This document shows positions 46,040 to 54,701 of a DNA stretch of 64,000 bases, piece after piece; positions within the stretch are counted from its first letter, which is position 1, and each line of letters starts with the position of its first letter. Position numbers and translations under genes: made by a program. Source of the DNA: Candidatus Dasytiphilus stammeri (lineage in GTDB: Bacteria; Pseudomonadota; Gammaproteobacteria; Enterobacterales; Enterobacteriaceae); NCBI GenBank assembly GCA_045689995.1, contig CP145883.1, forward strand, positions 480,750-544,749. Direction: 5' to 3'. The notes beneath the pieces were generated by a model that did not search any database, was not told where the DNA came from, and saw nothing but the letters and a program-made list of their open reading frames with translations.

Positions 46040-46404
46040 TTATACTCTCCATTTAAGTGTTTATAATCTATTCACTCTATAACATTACTACTATTATTAG
46101 AATGATGTCATATGATTATTTTGAACAACCATCTTACAGATGGCCAATTATAGATTTTATCGGAAAAGCTATCTACTTTTTAGATAGATTATCTATTGAT
46201 CACACCATTAAAAGTAAATAAAATAATTTAACAAATATAAAGATTAAATTACTCGAAATTTTTACTATTAATGTATCATTATCAAGTAATCATTTGATTA
46301 TGATAACTAAAATAATTTCTATGTTATTTAAGAAATTTATTGGGTAGGAGATAATATAAATAGGATTTACCGAATTTTGAGTTGCTGTGTAAGGAGTGTG
46401 GAGT

Positions 46405-49400
46405 ATGAAGATCATTAATATATGCATTAAATTAGAAGAAACTATGCATAATAAAATAAATAAGGCAGCGCAATACATTAATCGTACTTCACACTGGTTA
46501 ATTAAACAGGCTATTACCAGCTATTTAGAAGAGATAGAAAAAGGAAATATCTCATTAAAATTAACTTTACCTCAGGATTTTAATAATCTTGAATTTCAAG
46601 AGTTAATTTTATCAGAAGATTCCTACCAACCTTTTAGAGAATTTTCTAACAATGTTTTACCTCAGACCAAAATTAGGTATAGTATTACCTCAGCATCGCG
46701 AATCTCGGAAAGTAAAGCAGTACCTAAATTATTAGAACAGGCACGTTTAGAGCCTAATATCAAAACAAATACACAACAACTTGCTTTAGAGTTGGCAAAA
46801 AAATTACGTAATAGAAAACCTCAAATCACTCGTCTAGAGATTGTACAGAATCTGTTGCAAGAATTTTCACTTTCTTCACAAGAAGGAATTGCTTTAATGT
46901 GTTTAGCCGAAGCTCTGTTACGTATTCCAGATCGAGCAACACGTAATGCCTTAATCAAGGATAAAATAATAAAAGGAAATTGGCAATCCCATCTTGGTTC
47001 GAGTTCATCATTTTTTATTAATGCTGCAACTTGGGGTTTATTAATTACCGGACGCTTAGTGACTGTTGATAACCGAGTAAATTTATATAATTTATTATCG
47101 CGCATGATCAGTAAAAGTGGAGAACCTTTAATCCGTAAAGGTATCGAAATTGCTATACGCCTTATGGGAAAACAATTTGTAAAGGGTGAAAATATTTCAC
47201 AAGCATTAGTAAATTCCTCTGATTTAGAAGCCCGTGGTTTTAGTTATTCTTATGATATGCTTGGAGAAGCTGCCCTAACATCACAAGATGCTAAAACCTA
47301 TTTTATTTCTTATCAACAAGCGATTGAAGCTATTGGAAAGCATTCAAATGGTAGAGGAATTTATGAAGGTCCAGGAATCTCTATCAAGCTTTCAGCATTA
47401 CATCCCCGTTATAATCGGACACAATATGAGCGGGTGCAAGATGAACTTTATCCCCGATTGAAATATTTAACACTATTAGCGCAGCAATATGATATAGGTC
47501 TAAATATAGATGCAGAAGAAGCAGATCGCTTAGAATTATCACTAGATTTACTAGAAAAACTATGTTTTGAACCTAAGTTATCCGGTTGGAATGGGATTGG
47601 TTTTGTTATTCAAGCTTATCAAAAAAGATGTCCTTTTGTTATTGATGCTCTAATTGATCTTGCTAAACGTAGTAAGCATCGTCTTATGGTACGTTTGGTA
47701 AAAGGTGCTTACTGGGATACTGAAATTAAACGTACTCAGGTAGACGGATTAGAGGATTATCCAGTATATACAAGAAAAGTATATACAGATATTTCTTATC
47801 TAGCATGTACTAGAAAACTACTTAGCGTACCACAATTCATCTATCCACAATTTGCAACACATAATGCACATACCCTTGCAGCAGTATACTACCTTGCTGG
47901 TAAAAATTATTATTCCGGACAATATGAATTTCAATGTCTACATGGTATGGGGGAATTTTTATATAATCAAGTTGTCGGATCAATATCAAAGGGCAAACTT
48001 AATCGTCCGTGTCGAATTTATGCTCCGGTTGGTAATTATGAAACGCTACTTGCTTATTTAGTGAGACGTCTCTTAGAAAATGGTGCTAATACTTCATTTG
48101 TAAATAAAATTGCTAATCATTCATTATCAATAGATGAGCTCATTGCTGATCCTACTGATGTAGTTGATCAACTGGCTAAAGTAGAAGGTATAATAGGATT
48201 ATCTAATCCTAAAATTCCGCTTTCTAGAAATTTGTATGGTAATGAACGACTAAATTCCTGTGGTCTAGATTTAAATAATGAACAAACTCTGGCAGAGTTA
48301 TCCGAAAAATTACTAAATAGTACTATGCAAACATGGCAAGCTGGACCTATGATTCATGGAAATATCAATCAACATGTGGAATCTAAAATCCAACCAATAA
48401 TCAATCCTGCAGAACCTAAAGATATTGTTGGCTATGTTCGTGAAGCTACCGAAATAGAAGTTACTTTAGCACTACAACAATCAGAAAAAGCTTACCAGAG
48501 TTGGCGTTATATACCGATAAATAAACGTGCCTCCATCTTAGAAGATGCTGCAATCCTTATGGAAAATCAGATGCATAAATTAATTAGTCTTCTAGTGCGT
48601 GAAGCAGGTAAAAATTTTTATAACGCTATTTCTGAAGTTCGAGAAGCAGTAGATTTTCTGCGCTATTACTCAATTCAGATAAAAACAAACTTTAACCCGA
48701 ATATATATATTCCACTAGGTCCAGTAGTTTGTATTAGTCCATGGAATTTTCCTTTAGCAATTTTCACCGGACAAATTGCTGCGGCTCTTGCTGTAGGTAA
48801 TAGTGTCATAGCAAAACCAGCAGAAGTCACTCCATTAATAGCAGCTCAAGTTATCCAGATTATGCATGAGGCTGGTATTCCTCATGGAGTTCTGCAACTC
48901 ATTACTGGTAGTGGTAAAAATTTGGGATCAATGTTAATTAGCGATGATCGCATCAGGGGTATTATTTTTACTGGATCTACAATTGTTGCAAATTTAATTC
49001 AGCAAACTATTGCGGGAAGAATTGATACTAAAAATCAATCTATACCGTTAATTGCAGAAACTGGAGGTATAAATGCTATGATTGTGGATTCTTCAGCACT
49101 TACAGAACAAGCAGTGATGGATATTATGACTTCTGCTTTTGATAGTGCCGGACAACGTTGTTCGGCTTTGCGTCTACTTTGTATTCAAGAAGAAGTTGCT
49201 GAACATACCTTAACAATGTTACGTGGTGCCATGGCTGAATATTGTATTGGCAATCCGGATAGACTTTCTACTGATATTGGTCCGGTTATTAATACTGAGG
49301 CAAAGAATAAGATTGAAGCACATATAAAAAAAATGCTAGCCCAAGGATTTAAAATTTATCAACCCTCGTTAACAATATCGACTAATAGAAAACAAAAAAA

Positions 49401-50388
49401 ATTAATTAATACCACTGGTAACTTTGTTATACCTACTTTAATTGAAATTAATAAAATTGATGAATTAAACTGTGAAATATTTGGTCCAGTATTACACATT
49501 GTAAGATTTGCTAAGAAACATTTAACGGAAATTGTTGATCAAATTAATGCTTCTGGTTATGGTTTAACACTAGGTATTCATACACGTATCGATACGACGA
49601 TTAATCAAGTTATCAATCGAGCTAATATTGGTAATATATATGTAAATCGAAATATTGTCGGTGCTGTAGTTGGAGTTCAACCTTTCGGTGGAGAAGGATT
49701 ATCAGGCACTGGACCTAAAGCTGGTGGACCTCTTTACTTATATCGTTTATTATCGAGTTACCCAGGAGATGCCTTTAAAATCTCCTTAGAACAATATAAT
49801 CAATCTACTAATACTACCTTACGTCATAATTTACTAGAATCTTATCATATTTTTCTATCATGGATAAAATTGCGCACTGAGCTAGATTTAGCGAAGATTT
49901 TTAGAACATTTATGTCGAGATCACCGGTAGGAACTACTATTTTGCTAAATGGACCAACAGGAGAATATAATTCTTATTCTTTACTACCGCGAATGCGGAT
50001 ATTCTGTTTATCAGAAAATGAAAATGATATATTAATTCAATTAGCTCTTGTAATAAGTACTGGGAGTAAGATACTCTGGACAGAAGATGAAATTCATCGT
50101 AAAATATACCGAATTCTTCCTATACAAGTTCAAGCTATCATTAGTTTTACCACAGATGTATTTAGCACAAAGATAAAATTTGATACGGTTATTTACCATG
50201 GTAATGATACTACTATCTTACGTGCAATCTGTATTAAATTAGCTAATCTCGAAGGACCGATAATCCCAGTATACCATTTTGCAAATGGAGAAACTAATAT
50301 TTTATTAGATCATTTTTTGCTTGAAAGATCTTTAAGTATTAATACTACAGCTGCAGGAGGTAATGCTAGTTTAATAAGTATAGATTAA
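46405..50388 (+). CDS. putA: Trifunctional PutA: RHH DNA-binding domain, proline dehydrogenase and P5C dehydrogenase
   Basis: The ATG at 46405 follows an AAGGAG at 46391-46396. MKIINICIKLEE aligns with E. coli MGTTTMGVKLDD. PRODH blocks YSYDMLGEAA and RLVKGAYWD are present, as are the ALDH blocks IAETGGINAMIVD and SAGQRCSALR (catalytic Cys). The product is 1327 aa against about 1320 in E. coli. Confidence 0.95.
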   Translation: MKIINICIKLEETMHNKINKAAQYINRTSHWLIKQAITSYLEEIEKGNISLKLTLPQDFNNLEFQELILSEDSYQPFREFSNNVLPQTKIRYSITSASRISESKAVPKLLEQARLEPNIKTNTQQLALELAKKLRNRKPQITRLEIVQNLLQEFSLSSQEGIALMCLAEALLRIPDRATRNALIKDKIIKGNWQSHLGSSSSFFINAATWGLLITGRLVTVDNRVNLYNLLSRMISKSGEPLIRKGIEIAIRLMGKQFVKGENISQALVNSSDLEARGFSYSYDMLGEAALTSQDAKTYFISYQQAIEAIGKHSNGRGIYEGPGISIKLSALHPRYNRTQYERVQDELYPRLKYLTLLAQQYDIGLNIDAEEADRLELSLDLLEKLCFEPKLSGWNGIGFVIQAYQKRCPFVIDALIDLAKRSKHRLMVRLVKGAYWDTEIKRTQVDGLEDYPVYTRKVYTDISYLACTRKLLSVPQFIYPQFATHNAHTLAAVYYLAGKNYYSGQYEFQCLHGMGEFLYNQVVGSISKGKLNRPCRIYAPVGNYETLLAYLVRRLLENGANTSFVNKIANHSLSIDELIADPTDVVDQLAKVEGIIGLSNPKIPLSRNLYGNERLNSCGLDLNNEQTLAELSEKLLNSTMQTWQAGPMIHGNINQHVESKIQPIINPAEPKDIVGYVREATEIEVTLALQQSEKAYQSWRYIPINKRASILEDAAILMENQMHKLISLLVREAGKNFYNAISEVREAVDFLRYYSIQIKTNFNPNIYIPLGPVVCISPWNFPLAIFTGQIAAALAVGNSVIAKPAEVTPLIAAQVIQIMHEAGIPHGVLQLITGSGKNLGSMLISDDRIRGIIFTGSTIVANLIQQTIAGRIDTKNQSIPLIAETGGINAMIVDSSALTEQAVMDIMTSAFDSAGQRCSALRLLCIQEEVAEHTLTMLRGAMAEYCIGNPDRLSTDIGPVINTEAKNKIEAHIKKMLAQGFKIYQPSLTISTNRKQKKLINTTGNFVIPTLIEINKIDELNCEIFGPVLHIVRFAKKHLTEIVDQINASGYGLTLGIHTRIDTTINQVINRANIGNIYVNRNIVGAVVGVQPFGGEGLSGTGPKAGGPLYLYRLLSSYPGDAFKISLEQYNQSTNTTLRHNLLESYHIFLSWIKLRTELDLAKIFRTFMSRSPVGTTILLNGPTGEYNSYSLLPRMRIFCLSENENDILIQLALVISTGSKILWTEDEIHRKIYRILPIQVQAIISFTTDVFSTKIKFDTVIYHGNDTTILRAICIKLANLEGPIIPVYHFANGETNILLDHFLLERSLSINTTAAGGNASLISID

Positions 50389-50444
50389 TTTAAAAGTAAG
50401 ATTGATTATTAACAATGATTTATCAATTCAAGGTTGATATATTT

Positions 50445-51233
50445 ATGGGGCTTCTTAGCGGTAAACGAATTTTAGTTACAGGTATAACAAACCAAAGATC
50501 TATAGCATTTGGTATTGCAAAAACTATGTATTCTCAAGGTGCCGAATTAGCTTTTACCTACCAAAATCCGAGAATAAAAAATAGAGTAGAAAAAATTGCT
50601 ACTCAGCTCGGATCAACAATATTTTTACCTTGTAATGTTGCGCAAGATGAAGATATAGAGCATCTCTTTAATCTTTTAAAAAAATCCTGGACAGAATTTG
50701 ATGGCTTAATCCATTCTATTGGTTATGCTCCATGGGATCAACTGAAGGATGACTATATTAAAACAATTACACGAGATGCTTTTAAAATAGCCCATGATAT
50801 TAGTTCTTATAGTTTTGTAGCATTAGCTAAAGCCTGTCGTAGAATGTTAAAGAAAAATGCCGCTCTTTTGACATTATCTTATTTAGGTTCAGAACGTGTT
50901 ATACCAAATTATAATGTTATGGGATTAGCAAAAGCTTCATTAGAAGCTAATGTACGTTATATGGCTAATTCTATGGGTCCTGATGGTGTACGAGTAAATG
51001 CTATTTCATCAGGGCCTATTCGTACTCTAGCTGCATCAAGAATAAAAAATTTCAGTAAAATTCTATCATATTGTGAATCGAGAACTCCTATTCGTCGTAG
51101 TATTACTATAGAGGATATTGGAAATGCGGCCGCTTTCCTTTGTTCAAATTTAGCGGCAGGTATTACTGGTGAAATACTACATGTTGATGGAGGATTTAGT
51201 ATTTGTGCTATTAATGAAATTCTCTCTACTTAA
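50445..51233 (+). CDS. fabI: Enoyl-ACP reductase (NADH)
   Basis: The ATG at 50445 ([13 protein letters not shown]) aligns with E. coli [44 protein letters not shown] contains the Tyr/Lys active-site residues. Confidence 0.96.
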   Translation: MGLLSGKRILVTGITNQRSIAFGIAKTMYSQGAELAFTYQNPRIKNRVEKIATQLGSTIFLPCNVAQDEDIEHLFNLLKKSWTEFDGLIHSIGYAPWDQLKDDYIKTITRDAFKIAHDISSYSFVALAKACRRMLKKNAALLTLSYLGSERVIPNYNVMGLAKASLEANVRYMANSMGPDGVRVNAISSGPIRTLAASRIKNFSKILSYCESRTPIRRSITIEDIGNAAAFLCSNLAAGITGEILHVDGGFSICAINEILST

Positions 51234-51263
51234 TAATCATCATAAATTTTGCTAATTTGAATT

Positions 51264-53207
51264 ATGTTACAAAATAATCCTCAGCTGATACAGCTAAAAA
51301 ATCAAATTTCTTCTCAATTAACACTAATAGAAGGAGTAGTTCGTGGAACAGCCAAGGGATTTGGTTTTCTAGAAACTGATAAACAAAAAAATTATTTTAT
51401 TCCTCCAGGATATATGAAAAAAGTTATGCCTGGTGATCGTATTATTGCTCAATTAAAAATTAATAACCAACATAAGATTGCTAAACCTGAAAAACTATTA
51501 AAACCTTTTTTAACACGTTTTATAGGATGCCTGAAAATCAAAGAGAATCAGTTATCGATAATTATCAAACATCCTTTTCTTAAATATATCATCTCATGCG
51601 GTCCTGCAAATCATTTAAAAGCTCAGTTAAAAACTGGAGATTGGGTAGTAGCAAAGATGCGTCATCATCCCTTGATAGCAGATTATCAAGATTTTGACGC
51701 AGAAGTTACAGAAATTATCAGTAGTGCTCAAGATCCTTTAAAACCTTGGTTAGTTACTTTAGCACGTCATAATCTTGAAATAGATACTCCAACCCCAATA
51801 AACATGCTATCTAAAATACAAGATGAAGGTTTACAACGTAGGGATCTTACCCATTTAGCTTTTATTACTATTGATAGTTCAAGTACTACTGATATGGATG
51901 ATGCACTCTATGCAGAGGAGAGACCCGATGGTAATTTATGTCTTATAATTGCTATTGCGGATCCCACAGCTTGGATTAAACCTGGGAGTGCATTAGATAT
52001 TCTTGCATCTAAACGCGCTTTTACTACTTATCTCCCTAACTTTAATCTTCCAATGTTACCACGTTATCTTTCTGAAGATCTATGCTCACTACGTTATGGA
52101 ATCCGTCGTCCAGTATTAGTATGTAAAATTATTCTTAGTAAAGATGGTACTATCTTATATGATGAAGTAGAATTTTTTACTGCCTGGATAATTTCAAAAG
52201 CCAGATTAATTTATGAAAATGTTTCTGATTGGTTAGATCAAATTGGTAAATGGCAACCAGAAACTGAGACTATTGCACAGCAATTACGCCTCTTATATCT
52301 CATTAGTAAGTTACGTCATCGTTGGCGAAAAAATAATACTCTAGTACTCAAGCATCAAAAAAAATATTTTTTTAAATTTGATAAATTAGGTAACGTATTA
52401 GAAATCATTTGTGAATCTCGAAGAATTGCCAACTTAATGATTGAAGAAGCCATGATTGCAGCTAATATTTGTGCAGGTAAACTACTATATGAAAAACTTG
52501 GATTTGGTATATATAATGTGCATATAGGTTTTGATAGATTACATGCTGAGCAAGCGGCTACAATCATAACTAACTATGGACTAATCATAGATCCAAAATT
52601 AATCACCACTTTACAAGGATTTTGTAATTTACATCGTACTCTTGAGGTATTATCCGTGCCTTATCTTGATAATTGTATTAGAAGACATCAAGCAGCAGCT
52701 CAAATAACTACTACTCCTGGTCCACATTTTGGATTAGGATTAAAATACTATGCTACATGGACTTCTCCAATTAGAAAATATGGAGATCTAATCAATCATC
52801 GTTTAATTAAAGCTATTATTCAAGGAAATCATATTGACTGTCCTAGCAAACTCATAATACAGATCATTAAACAACGTCGTCGTTTAAATCGTTCGGCAGA
52901 ACGTGAAATTCAGTATTGGCTATATGCAAAATTTTTAAAAAAATATGTAGGTACTGACATTAAATTTACTGCTGAGATAATGAGTATTAGCAAAGGTGGT
53001 TTAAAGATACAGTTACTAGAAAATGGCGCCGCTGCATTTATTCCAATAAAATATCTTTATTCAGCGTATAAAGATATCATTTTTAATCTTGAGGCGGGTA
53101 TCCTTAAAATCAAAGGAACAGATATTTGGCATGTTAGTGATATTATCATGGTGAAAATTTTAGACATTAAATTTCAATCTCATAAGATTATTGCCTGTCC
53201 AGTCTAA
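51264..53207 (+). CDS. rnb: Exoribonuclease II
   Basis: 647 aa with the RNB catalytic block FITIDSSSTTDMDDAL, cold-shock-like N-terminal domains and a C-terminal S1 domain. Adjacent to fabI as in E. coli. Confidence 0.93.
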   Translation: MLQNNPQLIQLKNQISSQLTLIEGVVRGTAKGFGFLETDKQKNYFIPPGYMKKVMPGDRIIAQLKINNQHKIAKPEKLLKPFLTRFIGCLKIKENQLSIIIKHPFLKYIISCGPANHLKAQLKTGDWVVAKMRHHPLIADYQDFDAEVTEIISSAQDPLKPWLVTLARHNLEIDTPTPINMLSKIQDEGLQRRDLTHLAFITIDSSSTTDMDDALYAEERPDGNLCLIIAIADPTAWIKPGSALDILASKRAFTTYLPNFNLPMLPRYLSEDLCSLRYGIRRPVLVCKIILSKDGTILYDEVEFFTAWIISKARLIYENVSDWLDQIGKWQPETETIAQQLRLLYLISKLRHRWRKNNTLVLKHQKKYFFKFDKLGNVLEIICESRRIANLMIEEAMIAANICAGKLLYEKLGFGIYNVHIGFDRLHAEQAATIITNYGLIIDPKLITTLQGFCNLHRTLEVLSVPYLDNCIRRHQAAAQITTTPGPHFGLGLKYYATWTSPIRKYGDLINHRLIKAIIQGNHIDCPSKLIIQIIKQRRRLNRSAEREIQYWLYAKFLKKYVGTDIKFTAEIMSISKGGLKIQLLENGAAAFIPIKYLYSAYKDIIFNLEAGILKIKGTDIWHVSDIIMVKILDIKFQSHKIIACPV

Positions 53208-53230
53208 ATAATGATGACCATTAATTAGAT

Positions 53231-54613
53231 TTATATCATATTTTCAGGTTTCAACCATTGATCTAATTGTTCTTCACTAAGAAATCCTAATTTTAATGCT
53301 GAATCTTTAATAGATAGTCCATCTTTATATGCTTTTTGTGCAATTTTTACGGCCTTATCATAACCTAAATGAATATTTAGTGCAGTAACTAACATTAAAG
53401 ATTCCTGTAACATTTTTTTCAGACGTTCATAATTAGGTCGTATTCCAGTAATGCAATACTTATTAAAACTTGCTATCCCATCTGCAAGTAAGCGCACCGA
53501 TTGCAGGAAATTATATATAATCATTGGTCTATAAACATTTAGTTGAAAATTACCCGAAGCACCACCAATATTAATTGCGACATCATTACCCATTACTTGA
53601 CAGCACAACATAGTAAGAGCTTCACATTGGGTAGGATTTACCTTACCTGGCATAATAGAACTACCTGGTTCATTTTCGGGTATAAAAATTTCACCAAGAC
53701 CACATTTTGGTCCAGATGATAACCAACGTACATCATTAGCAATTTTCATCAGTGAAGCTGCTAAACCTTTTAATGTTCCATGTGCATGTACTAAGGCATC
53801 ACAAGTAGCTAAGGCTTCAAATTTATTTGGAGCAGTGATAAATGGCTGTTGTGTTAAATTGGCTAACTCTTTTGCAACTAGTATAGCATATTTAGGAGGG
53901 GTATTTATCCCGGTACCAACTGCGGTGCCACCTAATGCAATCTCTTGGAGATGTTGTAAGCTTTGCTCAATATGTATCTGATTATGATCTATCATGGCCC
54001 TCCACCCGGATATCTCCTGACCTAAAGTTATAGGTGTAGCATCTTGCAAGTGAGTACGACCAATCTTAATCACCTGTTGATATTTTTCCGATTGTTGACT
54101 AAGAGTATCAATTAAAAATTTTATTTGAGAAATTAAATTTTTCCGGATGGTAATAACTGCTGCAACATGCATGGCAGTTGAAAATACATCATTAGAACTC
54201 TGACTTTGATTAACATCATCATTAGGATGAATGATACGATTTAGGCCTCTAGTTCCTCCTAGAATTTCGCTAGCACGATTAGCTAAAACTTCATTCATAT
54301 TCATATTAGTTTGTGTTCCTGATCCAGTTTGCCAAACCGATAAAGGAAACTCCTGCATGTGCTTATTCATTAGAATTTCATCTATTGCAATTATGATTGC
54401 TTGAGCACGTTCAGGCAATATAAGTCCTAAATCACTATTGACTTGTACCGCTGCCCGTTTAGTTAATGCCAGAGCATGAATTAGTTCTATAGGTATCGTT
54501 TCATTTGAAATCTTAAAATATTTTAATGAACGCTGTGTTTGAGCTCCCCAAAGCTTATCTATAGGTACCTCAATATTTCCTATAGAATCTTTTTCCATAC
54601 GACTCTTGATCAT
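53231..54613 (-). CDS. fumC: Class II fumarate hydratase
   Basis: The ATG at 54611-54613 ([12 protein letters not shown]) aligns with E. coli [28 protein letters not shown] and [10 protein letters not shown] are present. AAGGA Shine-Dalgarno sequence upstream. Confidence 0.95.
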   Translation of the reverse strand: MIKSRMEKDSIGNIEVPIDKLWGAQTQRSLKYFKISNETIPIELIHALALTKRAAVQVNSDLGLILPERAQAIIIAIDEILMNKHMQEFPLSVWQTGSGTQTNMNMNEVLANRASEILGGTRGLNRIIHPNDDVNQSQSSNDVFSTAMHVAAVITIRKNLISQIKFLIDTLSQQSEKYQQVIKIGRTHLQDATPITLGQEISGWRAMIDHNQIHIEQSLQHLQEIALGGTAVGTGINTPPKYAILVAKELANLTQQPFITAPNKFEALATCDALVHAHGTLKGLAASLMKIANDVRWLSSGPKCGLGEIFIPENEPGSSIMPGKVNPTQCEALTMLCCQVMGNDVAINIGGASGNFQLNVYRPMIIYNFLQSVRLLADGIASFNKYCITGIRPNYERLKKMLQESLMLVTALNIHLGYDKAVKIAQKAYKDGLSIKDSALKLGFLSEEQLDQWLKPENMI

Positions 54614-54701
54614 TGAAATTTCCTTAACTAACATGAAACATCATTACCAAATAATTAATTTATTAATGTAAGTATTCAATTATTTTTAAAATTTATCATT
54701 C

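Noticed and set aside
46290-46478. A 62-aa ORF on the minus strand in the put spacer, overlapping the putA start.
   Set aside because: It is a hydrophobic, Ile/Leu-rich translation of AT-rich DNA. It has no Shine-Dalgarno sequence, overlaps the putA ribosome binding site and start, and shows no similarity that I can recognise.
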